From assembly GCA_964195405.1 (NCBI GenBank), contig CAXMPK010000048.1:1-58134 (forward strand): 58,134 nt of DNA. The letters are read 5' to 3'. The notes under the pieces are model-generated. The model saw only the letters and a list, made by a program, of their open reading frames with translations. It searched no databases and was not told the origin of the DNA. Of the stretch, positions 18,987 through 28,502 are shown one piece after another. The translations under genes and the position numbers were made by a program. The stretch comes from an uncultured Acidimicrobiia bacterium. Lineage in GTDB: Bacteria; Actinomycetota; Acidimicrobiia; Spongiisociales; ZC4RG35. The first letter of the stretch is position 1. Each line of letters begins with the position of its first letter.

Positions 18987-19619
18987 CTAAGAACCATCCC
19001 ACTGGAATCGCGTCACCAAACCGTTGAGTAGAGCGGCGCCAGTCGCTGCGTCATCGACAGTCACTGCAAATCGGCGGTCATTTGTCATGTTGACCTGAAT
19101 CGCATCTCCCCGCCGTAGGACGACAGCCGACCCGCCGGGCACAACTCGGTATCCCCAGCCCGACCATTGCGAGGGCTCGAGATCGATGGCCTGGACGGTC
19201 TTGATCCGATCGAGCGGAATCCTCTTGACGGGCACACCTCCTCCCAGCCGAACTTGGAGGCCGTGGCTGTTGATCACCACGTACACCCACAGAAAGAGGA
19301 ACCCGAGCACGACGAAAGCCAATCCGAGCAATTTCCACCAGCCGGGCATCAGGAAGAAGACCAACGCCAACCCGCCTAACAAAACGAGTGGCCATTTCAC
19401 CGAACATCCGCCGATCCAAGAAACGGTTTCGCCATCACCAAGCTCGAGCTCCGGCCCGGCGACGCTTTCGGAAGTCTCAGGGCGCGGATACCGGCGGATA
19501 CCCAGCACGTATCCGATCCAGGCTCCCAGGGCACCGGTCGCCAGGACGGCGGCGAGTTGCCACCATGTGAATGCCCCGGCCTCCTGCCAGGGTGGGGGCA
19601 TCCCAGTTGAGATAGACAA
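18987..19619 (-). CDS. Membrane protein with a C-terminal bacterial PH-like domain; possibly the 3' part of a frameshifted DUF1648 gene
   Basis: TM helices are followed by VKRIPLDRIKTVQAIDLEP...GWGYRVVPGGSAVVLRRGDAIQVNMTNDRRFAVTVDD. It overlaps the upstream ORF by 143 nt in another frame. Confidence 0.6.
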   Translation of the reverse strand: MSISTGMPPPWQEAGAFTWWQLAAVLATGALGAWIGYVLGIRRYPRPETSESVAGPELELGDGETVSWIGGCSVKWPLVLLGGLALVFFLMPGWWKLLGLAFVVLGFLFLWVYVVINSHGLQVRLGGGVPVKRIPLDRIKTVQAIDLEPSQWSGWGYRVVPGGSAVVLRRGDAIQVNMTNDRRFAVTVDDAATGAALLNGLVTRFQWDGS

Positions 19620-19917
19620 CGCTGGCCATCAACGAGAACCCAAGACCACCCATCAGCCCAACCATGGCGAAGACCTCGGCAGTCGGCTTGCTCTCGATAC
19701 GAAACAGTGAAGTGGTGAAGAGACCGATGGCGACCATGCTGATCGGAAGGAGCGCAGCCGCATTCTTCGGCCATGCGTTGTCAGGTGAACCGCCAATCCC
19801 CCAATGGATCGCCAGAGGATCGGGGAGATTCGACCACCCGACGACAAGTGGCAGTAAACCCAATACGGCCATCAGACCGGCCCACGCGAGAAGACGCCCC
19901 CAGGTTCTCAATTCCAC
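19477..19917 (-). CDS. DUF1648 domain membrane protein; its last ~40 codons look out of frame
   Basis: LPDPLAIHWGIGGSPDNAWPK is the DUF1648 signature. The GTG start at 19917 overlaps the gntR end. The tail after ...VVYLNWD is Arg/Pro-rich junk. Confidence 0.6.
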   Translation of the reverse strand: MELRTWGRLLAWAGLMAVLGLLPLVVGWSNLPDPLAIHWGIGGSPDNAWPKNAAALLPISMVAIGLFTTSLFRIESKPTAEVFAMVGLMGGLGFSLMASVVYLNWDAPTLAGGRGIHMVATRRRPGDRCPGSLDRIRAGYPPVSAP

Positions 19918-20249
19918 GCCTCCTCGACCAAACGGGTCAATTCGCCCAATTCCAATCGCTGGCGGCGCGCCTGGCCAACGAGTCGCTTTGCCATGCCTTT
20001 GAGGTTGGCTCCAGAGGAAACGACGACTCCCCCGCGGCCTCTTCGCATTTCGGCCAGCCCCCACTCCTCTAATTGTGAGTATGCACGGAGGACCGTGTGC
20101 ATGTTGACGTCGAGCGCGTCTCCCAGGGACCGCGCCGAGGGCAGACGCTCACCTGGATCAATGGTTCCGTCCTCGATCGAGGTGGCAACCGCGTCTGAGA
20201 TCTGGCGGTAGATCGGTTTGTCTGACCGCGGATCGAGTCGTATTAGCAT
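19908..20249 (-). CDS. GntR family transcriptional regulator (short, YhcF-like)
   Basis: MLIRLDPRSDKPIYRQISDAVATSIEDGTIDPGERLPSARSLGDALDVNMHTVLRAY is a GntR winged-HTH. The start is trimmed to the ATG at 20249. Confidence 0.85.
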   Translation of the reverse strand: MLIRLDPRSDKPIYRQISDAVATSIEDGTIDPGERLPSARSLGDALDVNMHTVLRAYSQLEEWGLAEMRRGRGGVVVSSGANLKGMAKRLVGQARRQRLELGELTRLVEEAWN

Positions 20250-20268
20250 CTCACAGAGCCTACTCAAT

Positions 20269-20278
20269 GTTCTAGAAC
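20269..20278. promoter_or_regulatory. Palindrome GTTCTAGAAC, candidate GntR operator
   Basis: It is a perfect 10-bp palindrome of the GT..AC type, lying in the 67-bp divergent region between the GntR regulator gene and the rhodanese gene. Confidence 0.35.
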
Positions 20279-20316
20279 TAAACAAGGTGACGGGCTACTG
20301 GCCGACCTGTGGTGAA

Positions 20317-21123
20317 ATGGCGCCGATGCATCCGCTGATTTCGACCACCGAGTTGGCCCACCGTCTCGACGAGGTTGTGCTCAACGACATCCGTTGGGCA
20401 TTGACAGGCCCCGACCACGGACGTCAGGACTACGAGGCGGGACACATTCCAGGCGCAGTCTTTGTCGACCTGGACACCGATCTCTCCTCAGAGCCAGGCT
20501 CGGGACGTCACCCCTTGCCCGATCCGGGCGTGTTTGCCCAAACCTTGGGCCGGCTCGGTATCGGTCCGTCTGATGAGGTGGTGGTCTACGACGACATGAA
20601 GAACACCATCGCTGCACGATTGTGGTGGATGCTCAAGTCGATAGGTCACGACCGTGTCCGCGTCCTCGACGGTGGCTATCAACGATGGGTCGAAGAGGCC
20701 CGGCTCGTCGAGCGGGGTGACACCACCAGGGATCGCACCACCCATCCACAAGGGGACTTTGCCGGGGTGGCAACTCGTCATGACCTGGCCGGTCGACCGC
20801 ACGTTGATGCACGACCTGCCGATCGATATCGAGGTGAGGTTGAGCCGGTTGATCCGAAGGCCGGACACATACCTGGTGCGATCAACCTCCCGGCTACGGA
20901 TAACACCGGCGACGACGGTCGGTTCCTGGCCGCAGACGATCTCTTACAGCGCTTCGACCAGGTAGGCGATGGTGCGGTGGTCTCGTGCGGCAGCGGAGTA
21001 ATCGCGTGCCACAACGCACTGGCAATGGTCGTAGCCGGCCGGAAAATGCCCCACGTATACGTGGGGTCATTCTCGGAATGGTCCAACCTCGACCTCCCAG
21101 TCAACGTTGGTGACGACCCGTGA
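20317..21123 (+). CDS. Tandem-rhodanese sulfurtransferase (thiosulfate/3-mercaptopyruvate type)
   Basis: YEAGHIPGAVFVD... is followed by a second domain with the active-site loop VVSCGSGVIACH. The start is trimmed to the ATG at 20317. Confidence 0.85.
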   Translation: MAPMHPLISTTELAHRLDEVVLNDIRWALTGPDHGRQDYEAGHIPGAVFVDLDTDLSSEPGSGRHPLPDPGVFAQTLGRLGIGPSDEVVVYDDMKNTIAARLWWMLKSIGHDRVRVLDGGYQRWVEEARLVERGDTTRDRTTHPQGDFAGVATRHDLAGRPHVDARPADRYRGEVEPVDPKAGHIPGAINLPATDNTGDDGRFLAADDLLQRFDQVGDGAVVSCGSGVIACHNALAMVVAGRKMPHVYVGSFSEWSNLDLPVNVGDDP

Positions 21124-22082
21124 TCACCCAACGAGCGATCGACGCCATCGAGGTGTCCGATTTGGACGAACTTCTCCGGGTCGTCGACGGCTTCTGCGAA
21201 AGTGCCGGATGGGACGAGTTGGTCGAATTGCGAGCGAGATGTCAGGAAGCCGTGACCAGAGGCAAGCAGCTTTGGGGTGTCGACGAGCACATCAGATACC
21301 GTCTGGCACTCGAAGCGCCACCCTCCTTTGCCGGACCAGTTCTGAGTGAAGGCGCGGCGCGATTCGCCTTGGGCCCACTGCCCGAGGTTGCCTCGTCAAC
21401 CAAAACCTGGAGCGATCTCGAGCCCTACATCGAGCATGGGCCCGAACGGGCGACCTTCGCTGCCGAGCGAGCAGTACGTGGCGAGTTCGATGTCGATGAC
21501 ATCGCCGACCTGCCGACTCGCCTACAGGAGTGGGAGCCCTCATATGAGTTGGCCACCTACAAGTCCGACAAGGTCGACGCGCCGTCTCCCAAACCTCTCG
21601 CAACCAAGCCGATCGACCTGGGAGATAAACCGACCGTCGTCGCTGACGCCGACTCCGAAGGGGCCCTTGCTGACCTGGTCCAAGCATGGACAACCGAGTC
21701 CAACGGCCGCTGCGAGACAATCACCGTCGAAGGCTCGGCAGCCGATGCGGTGAGAGCTCTCGGGCTCAGCAAGGCAAACATGGCACGACTGCGGACTGAT
21801 GAGGCCTTCGCCTGGATGGCCTGGGCAGGCGCCTCCGGTGGCGCCCACGGACGACGTCGAGGCGCTGCCGCCGGGCGCTATGGGGCATGGTGGGCTGTGG
21901 CCATGCTCTGCGACCTCGATTGGCCGCCGGACCTTTCGGTGTTCGCAGATTCGGTCAACCGTCTCCGCTTCTATTGGTTCGACGACGGAGCGCCCGGCAC
22001 GGGTTGGCAGCTGAGACTTGCCATAGAAGATCCCGACACAGGTCTTGCCTGGTCGGTGTCAGCTGTTGACTCCGCCGACTAG
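21120..22082 (+). CDS. Conserved-looking hypothetical protein
   Basis: 320 aa. Its start overlaps the rhodanese stop (GTGA). No motif recognised. Confidence 0.65.
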   Translation: MITQRAIDAIEVSDLDELLRVVDGFCESAGWDELVELRARCQEAVTRGKQLWGVDEHIRYRLALEAPPSFAGPVLSEGAARFALGPLPEVASSTKTWSDLEPYIEHGPERATFAAERAVRGEFDVDDIADLPTRLQEWEPSYELATYKSDKVDAPSPKPLATKPIDLGDKPTVVADADSEGALADLVQAWTTESNGRCETITVEGSAADAVRALGLSKANMARLRTDEAFAWMAWAGASGGAHGRRRGAAAGRYGAWWAVAMLCDLDWPPDLSVFADSVNRLRFYWFDDGAPGTGWQLRLAIEDPDTGLAWSVSAVDSAD

Positions 22083-22091
22083 CCGGGCCGA

Positions 22092-23645
22092 CTAAGCCTC
22101 TGCGACGAGCACGGGCTGGGTGTGCCACCCAGTGGCGCCATTGGGGGCAGGTGGGCGTTCCATCTCATCCTGAAGGATCCCATCACCATCGGAGGCTCGA
22201 CACCTGATCACGTTCCGGCCCAACACAGACGGGGTCCATGGGATCTGCCACTGAACCCAACTGTTGACCGAGAGAGGTTCTGACAACTCGGCCTCCAGCC
22301 AAGACTGACCTTCGCCCAATTGCACCTCCACCTTGGAGATCCCCCTGGGAGGTGCCCAGGCAACCCCGGCCACAATGCGAGGTTCGGTGGTGATCGGCTC
22401 AGCGTCAGAAGGCGTGTCGATCCGGCTCTGTGTTTTGATCGGTGCCTCTTTGGACCAGCCTCGAGGAATCCAGTAGGCATCAAAATCGTCCCAGCCGGTC
22501 AGCTCGATCTCTGTCAGCCACTTTGTCGCGGACACATACCCATAGAGCCCCGCAACGACGAGACGGGCCGGAAAACCATGTTCAAACGGAAGAGGCTCGC
22601 CATTCATCCCAACAGCTACCAGTGCCTCACGACCGTCAAATGCGGCTTCTACCGGAAACCCAACCGTGAAATCGTCGGTAGAACGCCCCACTAGCTGCTC
22701 GGCGTCATCCCTCACACCGGCTCGATCGAGAATCTCGCTGAGGGGAACACCCTGCCACCGGGCATTGCCCACCAGACCGCCACCGACCCTGTTGGAAACA
22801 CATGAGAGCGTCACATCCCGTTCGACCATGCGCATGTCGAGAAGATCGGCGTAGGTGATCGTGTATGGCCGGTCAACCCGCCCTTTCACCGTGAGAGCCC
22901 AATCCTGGAGGACAATGGTTGGCACGGCGAAGGCGGTGTCGATCCGATAGAAATCGTCGTTGGGCACGATGATTGGGGTCAGCCCGTCGACTTGGAGATC
23001 GGCTGCCGGCGTCACCGACGGGAGAGCCTCCGCTGGGCTCGGCAGCACCACCTCGTTGCGACCGGCAACTGCCCTCTTTGCCGAATCCAGCAGCCATCTG
23101 CCGGTCGCTGCCGACACCGCGGCAAGACCAAAAACGGCACCGGTACCAATGAGAAATGTTCGACGCGACCAGCCCAGCTCAGATTCGCTGGCAGTCTCGG
23201 TCGACTGGGTCGCAGACATCCCCAGGCCATAGAGCCACTGGAGAACGCCGAGTCCGGTGATGGCCGCGGCGCCTGCCGGGATGATCGCCAAAGCCATTGA
23301 GATCTGAGGGTCGCGAGCGGCTGCAAACGCCGAAGCCACCGCGAAGCCAATGAAGGCAACAACGGCGAGAACGAACCGTTTCCGCGCAAATACCCCGACC
23401 ACTGCACCCAGCAGAATGGTGACGACACCGATCGAAATGAGAAGCACCAGCTTGTCGCTGGTCCCAAACACTTCGATGGCAAAATCCTTCAGAGGCTTTG
23501 GAGACACATCAATGACCCAATTGCCCAGGCCTTGGATCAGGGAAGGGAGACCCCTGACGAGGCCGGCGATCAGTTCAGAGACGCCAAGAGCCAGGCCGGC
23601 AGCCGCCGCACCAGAGAGGGCGTCGCGAGATCGTGTGGACTTCAC
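22092..23645 (-). CDS. Molybdopterin-dependent oxidoreductase (sulfite-oxidase fold) with an N-terminal polytopic membrane domain
   Basis: After about 5 N-terminal TM helices come LSCVSNRVGGGLVGNARWQGVPL and FPARLVVAGLYGYVSATKWL, which are SO-family Moco-domain blocks. Confidence 0.85.
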   Translation of the reverse strand: MKSTRSRDALSGAAAAGLALGVSELIAGLVRGLPSLIQGLGNWVIDVSPKPLKDFAIEVFGTSDKLVLLISIGVVTILLGAVVGVFARKRFVLAVVAFIGFAVASAFAAARDPQISMALAIIPAGAAAITGLGVLQWLYGLGMSATQSTETASESELGWSRRTFLIGTGAVFGLAAVSAATGRWLLDSAKRAVAGRNEVVLPSPAEALPSVTPAADLQVDGLTPIIVPNDDFYRIDTAFAVPTIVLQDWALTVKGRVDRPYTITYADLLDMRMVERDVTLSCVSNRVGGGLVGNARWQGVPLSEILDRAGVRDDAEQLVGRSTDDFTVGFPVEAAFDGREALVAVGMNGEPLPFEHGFPARLVVAGLYGYVSATKWLTEIELTGWDDFDAYWIPRGWSKEAPIKTQSRIDTPSDAEPITTEPRIVAGVAWAPPRGISKVEVQLGEGQSWLEAELSEPLSVNSWVQWQIPWTPSVLGRNVIRCRASDGDGILQDEMERPPAPNGATGWHTQPVLVAEA

Positions 23646-23718
23646 AAACGATCACAATATGAGCCCGGCCGCTAACACTGTGTAAACCCTCCACGTCCGC
23701 CATGCAAGACTCACCAAA

Positions 23719-24318
23719 ATGGATTTGATCACCGACGAAGACGGTGTCACCCGGTGCTGGTGGGGCTCCGAACCTGAGATCTACCGCAGCTATCACGACG
23801 ACGAGTGGGGTCACCCCGTTACTGACGACCATCGCCTCTTCGAAAAGATATGCCTGGAAGGGTTCCAGGCGGGGTTGTCCTGGCTCACCATCCTGCGCAA
23901 ACGCGACAACTTCAGACAAGGCTTCGCTCAATTCGATCCTGCGGTCGTGGTCGGCTTCGCGGAGGGCGACGTCGAGCGACTACTTGGCGATTCCAGCATC
24001 GTCCGGCATCAGGGCAAGATCCGCTCCACCATCAACAACGCCGAGAGAGCGCTCGACCTCATCGACGAATGCGGATCTCTGTCGTCTTACTTCTGGTCCT
24101 GGGCCGGACCTGAGGAACAACCACCGACCGAGATTTCCGCGACCACCTTGACCTCAACCGCGCTATCCAAAGACCTGAAAACGCGGGGGTGGTCGTTTGT
24201 CGGCCCGACCACTGTGTATGCCTTCATGCAGGCGATGGGTCTGGTCAATGATCATCTCGACGGGTGCCATGTCCGCGAGGAATGTGCCCGACAGCGACGA
24301 GCTCAGATGAGTAACTAG
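23719..24318 (+). CDS. tag: DNA-3-methyladenine glycosylase I
   Basis: RCWWG...YHDDEWGHPVTDDHRLFEKICLEGFQAGLSWLTILRKRDNFR is the Tag signature. Confidence 0.9.
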   Translation: MDLITDEDGVTRCWWGSEPEIYRSYHDDEWGHPVTDDHRLFEKICLEGFQAGLSWLTILRKRDNFRQGFAQFDPAVVVGFAEGDVERLLGDSSIVRHQGKIRSTINNAERALDLIDECGSLSSYFWSWAGPEEQPPTEISATTLTSTALSKDLKTRGWSFVGPTTVYAFMQAMGLVNDHLDGCHVREECARQRRAQMSN

Positions 24319-24326
24319 GTTGCGAG

Positions 24327-25466
24327 ATGATGGAACGTCCCGCCTTCACCGTAGGAATCGAAGAGGAGTATCTCGTCGTCGATCGCGAGACCCGAGATCT
24401 GATCAAGAGCCCGCCTCCGGATATGTGGAAAGCGATCAATGAGGTAGTTGGGGAAGCCGCCACCCATGAGTTCCTCAAGGCCCAGATCGAGATCAGAACC
24501 GGTGTGTGCACCAAGGTCTCAGAAGCCAGAGACGAGGTGGCACAACTTCGAAGCAGTCTCTCGAGAATCGTGAGTGATTACGGCGGGGCGATCATCGCTG
24601 CTTCGACACACCCCTTCGCCAACTGGGCAAACCAGGAGACGACCGAAGACGAACGCTATTTGCGTCTTGCAGAAGACTTTCAGCAGGTCGCCCGGCAGCT
24701 GGTCGTTTGTGGGATGCATGTGCACGTGGGGATCGATGACCCAGACCTGAGAATCGACCTGATGAATCAGGTGAAGTACATGTTGCCGCATCTACTGGCG
24801 TTGAGCACCTCTTCACCATTCTGGGATGGAAGCCCCACTGGTCTCCATGCCTATCGCCTGGTCATCTTCCAGAATATGCCACGAACAGGTATCCCCGAGG
24901 AGTTCGATTCATGGGGTGAATACGAGCGCTATGTCAACATACTGGTCGAAGCCGGACTCGTCGAGGACGCCACCAAACTGTGGTGGGATATTCGACCGTC
25001 GCATCGCTTTCCGACCCTGGAGATGCGCGTGAGCGACGTGTGCACGCGGCTCGACGACGCCATGACCATCGCCGCCCTCTACCAATGTCTTCTTGGCTAC
25101 CTCTACCGGCTCCGCCGCAACAATCAGAAGTGGCGCGTCTACTCGCCGGGGATGATCGAGGAGAACATCTGGCGTGCCCAACGCTACGGCACCGACGGGT
25201 CATTAGTGGACTTTGGGAAAGGCAAGCTTGTCCCCATGACCGAACTGATTGAAGAGTTCATCGAGGTCCTGGCCCAGGACGCCGTCGATTTCGACGCCAG
25301 AGAGGAGATCAGACACGCCAGGGAAATCGTTCAGAACGGGACGTCTGCGCATCGTCAACTCGCCACATACCGGGCCAGTCTCGAAGAAGGGGCTTCGGAG
25401 CCTGAGGCTCTGAAAGCAGTGGTTGATGAGCTCATTGTGGATTCGATGCATGGAATCGACATCTAA
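24327..25466 (+). CDS. Carboxylate-amine ligase, YbdK/GCS2 family
   Basis: FTVGIEEEYLVVD...CGMHVHVG...WWDIRPSHRFPTLEMRVSD are typical GCS2 blocks. Confidence 0.9.
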   Translation: MMERPAFTVGIEEEYLVVDRETRDLIKSPPPDMWKAINEVVGEAATHEFLKAQIEIRTGVCTKVSEARDEVAQLRSSLSRIVSDYGGAIIAASTHPFANWANQETTEDERYLRLAEDFQQVARQLVVCGMHVHVGIDDPDLRIDLMNQVKYMLPHLLALSTSSPFWDGSPTGLHAYRLVIFQNMPRTGIPEEFDSWGEYERYVNILVEAGLVEDATKLWWDIRPSHRFPTLEMRVSDVCTRLDDAMTIAALYQCLLGYLYRLRRNNQKWRVYSPGMIEENIWRAQRYGTDGSLVDFGKGKLVPMTELIEEFIEVLAQDAVDFDAREEIRHAREIVQNGTSAHRQLATYRASLEEGASEPEALKAVVDELIVDSMHGIDI

Positions 25467-25497
25467 GGTTCGGCCGCCCAACTGAGCCAGGAGCCCC

Positions 25498-26280
25498 ATG
25501 ACACATCCCGTCCGCATCGGTGTTGGCCTGCCGCAACAACACGCCAGCTACACCGATATCAGGGCCGCAGTCGTCAGCGCCGAAGAGATGGGGGTCGACG
25601 CCATCTTCAACTGGGATCATTTCTTCCCGCTCTTTGGTGACCCTGACGGAAAGCACTTCGAGTGCTGGACCATGCTCGGGTCTTGGGCCGAGATCACCGA
25701 ACGGGTCGAAATCGGCGCCCTGGTCACCTGCAACTCCTACCGAAATCCTGAACTCCTGGCCGACATGGCACGCACAGTTGATCACGCTTCGGACGGAAGA
25801 CTAATTCTCGGTATCGGGGCCGGATGGTTCGAAAAGGACTACGACGAATACGGCTACGACTTCGGGACACCCGGATCACGGCTCGCCGACCTCCGTCAGG
25901 CCCTTCCCCGAATCACCGAACGTTGGTCGAAGCTGAATCCTGCGCCCACACGTAACATTCCGATCCTCATCGGAGGTGGTGGTGAGAAGAAGACGCTTCG
26001 CTACACCGCCGAGTACGCCTCCATCTGGCATGGCTTCGGCGAGGTAGATCTGATCCGGCACAAGAATCAGGTGTTGGACAGCCATTGCACCGACATCGGA
26101 CGTGACCCAGGAGAGATTGAACGCTCTGCCGGAGCCACGCCGGAGAAACCGGAGTCTGCCGACGATCTGTACGAGGCGGGGGCCACATTCATCACCTTGG
26201 GAATGGATGGCGTGACCGGCTACGACCTTGCGCCTGTTGCCGAGTGGCTTGCCTGGCGCGACGAAAAAAACGCTTCCTAG
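25498..26280 (+). CDS. LLM-class (luciferase-like) F420-dependent oxidoreductase
   Basis: The luciferase-like pattern is GVDAIFNWDHFFP...CWTMLGSWAEITERVEIGALVTCNSYRNPELLA...GRLILGIGAGW. Confidence 0.85.
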   Translation: MTHPVRIGVGLPQQHASYTDIRAAVVSAEEMGVDAIFNWDHFFPLFGDPDGKHFECWTMLGSWAEITERVEIGALVTCNSYRNPELLADMARTVDHASDGRLILGIGAGWFEKDYDEYGYDFGTPGSRLADLRQALPRITERWSKLNPAPTRNIPILIGGGGEKKTLRYTAEYASIWHGFGEVDLIRHKNQVLDSHCTDIGRDPGEIERSAGATPEKPESADDLYEAGATFITLGMDGVTGYDLAPVAEWLAWRDEKNAS

Positions 26281-26292
26281 CTGAACCGGACA

Positions 26293-27216
26293 CTAGGCGG
26301 AGGCGGATTCGAGGACGGCACCTCTGAGGGTGTCCTCATCAACGCTGACAATCGGCTGTTTGCGTCCCATCACCCAAACAGCCACCAACCCACCAATACC
26401 GGCAACTAGACCACTGATTTGGTTCCAAGTGAAACTTCCGATCTCGGCATCGCCCATGCCAAACCGCAGGAAGTCGAGGACAAACCTCTGGAGCCCATAC
26501 CAAGCGACCCAGAGAAAGAAAAGCTGCCCATAGTGGAGGCGGAAACGGCTGCGAACCAGGTAGAGGACGCCAAGCAAGATGATCGCCCCGATCATGTCAT
26601 ATGCCGCCACATGGTGATAGACACCGGCCACTCCAACTTCTCCCGGATATGGACAGAATCCGTCGACGAGATTGACCGTGTCGGCGCACTGAAGACTGGT
26701 GTGTTGCGGCGCCAGGACGTAACCCGGTTTGATTCCATAACCCCATGCAACGTCGGTCACTCGCCCGAGGTGCTCGACGATGGCGAGATCACCGATGCGA
26801 CCGACGATGGTGCCAAGAGCAAGACCAAACGACGACATGTCCAAGGTCGGCCAGATCGAGAGTCCAACTTGTTTCATCCGCCAGGTTCCGGCAACGATGC
26901 CACCCAGGAACCCGCCGAGGATGGAGAAGTTGCCCGAGATGGGGTTGAGAGTTGCCAGAATCGAGGTCCCCTCATCGATCGCCGTCATGATCGCGGCCGG
27001 AGCCGTTAGGTAACGAGCACCGAGCAGGGCACCCACCAGGCCCCAGGTCAAGGCAGACTGATACTTGACGACGTCATATCCCCGTTTCCTCAACTCTCGA
27101 CTCGCCAGGAGAGCGCCGGCGAGAAAACCGAGGGCCGCGAACAGGCCATGCAGCGAAAAGGCGATTGGCCCGATATCCCAGATGGGGATGGGTGGATAGC
27201 TGATGGCCCCGAACAT
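26293..27216 (-). CDS. lgt: Prolipoprotein diacylglyceryl transferase
   Basis: IPIWDIGPIAFSLHGLFAALGFLAG... and GRIGDLAIVEH correspond to Lgt motifs. The start is trimmed to the ATG at 27216. Confidence 0.85.
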   Translation of the reverse strand: MFGAISYPPIPIWDIGPIAFSLHGLFAALGFLAGALLASRELRKRGYDVVKYQSALTWGLVGALLGARYLTAPAAIMTAIDEGTSILATLNPISGNFSILGGFLGGIVAGTWRMKQVGLSIWPTLDMSSFGLALGTIVGRIGDLAIVEHLGRVTDVAWGYGIKPGYVLAPQHTSLQCADTVNLVDGFCPYPGEVGVAGVYHHVAAYDMIGAIILLGVLYLVRSRFRLHYGQLFFLWVAWYGLQRFVLDFLRFGMGDAEIGSFTWNQISGLVAGIGGLVAVWVMGRKQPIVSVDEDTLRGAVLESASA

Positions 27217-27263
27217 GCGACGCAAGGCTAACGGTGACCACGAGTTGAGTGGATTCGGCACCC

Positions 27264-28490
27264 ATGGCGCAACCACCGGTGTTGTATGTATGCGCTGGTG
27301 GATATGCACCTCTAAAGTGCCGCATCGTGAGCGATATCCTCGATGCTGCCGCCGCCGCTCTTGGCACGCCGGCCGACCTGGTTCAGCGGTCAGCGGCTGC
27401 TCGAGCCGCCGAATCTGGAGCGACGGTGGATGAGATCCTTTCCGCCTGGGCTGGTGGCGCTCCTATTGCCCCCTCCACACCGGCCCCACCTGCCACCACC
27501 GCCGAGCCGGTAGCCGAAGCGGTAGCCGAAGCGCCGGCTGCCCCGGTAGCCGTCATGGAACCACCGGTCATAGAAGTGCCGATCGTCGAAGAAACCCAAT
27601 ACGTGCCACAGCCCGAAGAACAGCTCGAACCGGTCTCCGTTGGCAGGCGAGTCAAGACTGCGGTGAGAGTGGGCGCATGGACTGGAGCCGGCCTCGGATT
27701 GATCGCGTTCTTCTTCGCCTCCGCGTTCTGGGCCGACACAGCTGCCGTTCTCCCAGATGAAGGCCCGATTGTTCAGGTCAACTCCAGCGGAGTCATCATC
27801 GGCATCGCGCTGGTGAGCATCTTGTTCGGGGCCATCGTGGCTGGCTTCTCCAGAGCCGCAGCGGCCTGGACGAACCCTGCCATGCAACTGGCAGGGTCAA
27901 AGTCTTCAACAGCATGGATTGGAGCGATCCTCGGTTTGATTCTCGGTGTTGTCGCCGGGGTCGTCCTGACAGGCCTGGGCACCCAAATCGAAGGAAGCGA
28001 GGGACTGATCCAGCTCCCCGTTTTGCCCACCGTCGCGATCATGCTGATCGGGGGAGCCGTCCTCGGCGCGATCAGCTCGGCTGTCCCCCAAATCTTGGGG
28101 ACACCGGTCGCTGTCGACGACCGCGACTTGGAAGAGGTCGAAAGGGTGCGCGGGCGGCTCAGCAACGCAATAGGGATACCGATGATGGCATTGACCCTGC
28201 TCATCCTGTTGGTCGTACCCTTCGGCTACACCTTGATCCAATCCAGTCATCTGACCAGCGGAGGAGCCTCAATCGTTGGCATCCTGACCGCCGCCGGGAT
28301 TCTGGGATTCGCCGCTCTCGCTGGGAGCAAGCCTGAGATGAGGATCTCATTTGGAGACCTTCTCTGGGCGATTGTCGGACTCGGGACCGTGCTTGTCGTC
28401 ATCCTTGCCGTCCTGTTCTACAGCGGGGCCGACGAACACGCCGAGGAGGGCGAATCAGAAGGGCACGCGGCAGTCGTTCAACTGTTGTGA
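27264..28490 (+). CDS. Hypothetical membrane protein (soluble N-terminal domain, Ala/Pro linker, about 8 TM helices)
   Basis: It is a long ORF with coherent TM topology and no recognised family. The start is taken as the ATG at 27264. Confidence 0.65.
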   Translation: MAQPPVLYVCAGGYAPLKCRIVSDILDAAAAALGTPADLVQRSAAARAAESGATVDEILSAWAGGAPIAPSTPAPPATTAEPVAEAVAEAPAAPVAVMEPPVIEVPIVEETQYVPQPEEQLEPVSVGRRVKTAVRVGAWTGAGLGLIAFFFASAFWADTAAVLPDEGPIVQVNSSGVIIGIALVSILFGAIVAGFSRAAAAWTNPAMQLAGSKSSTAWIGAILGLILGVVAGVVLTGLGTQIEGSEGLIQLPVLPTVAIMLIGGAVLGAISSAVPQILGTPVAVDDRDLEEVERVRGRLSNAIGIPMMALTLLILLVVPFGYTLIQSSHLTSGGASIVGILTAAGILGFAALAGSKPEMRISFGDLLWAIVGLGTVLVVILAVLFYSGADEHAEEGESEGHAAVVQLL

Positions 28491-28502
28491 ACCAAAAACC
28501 AC

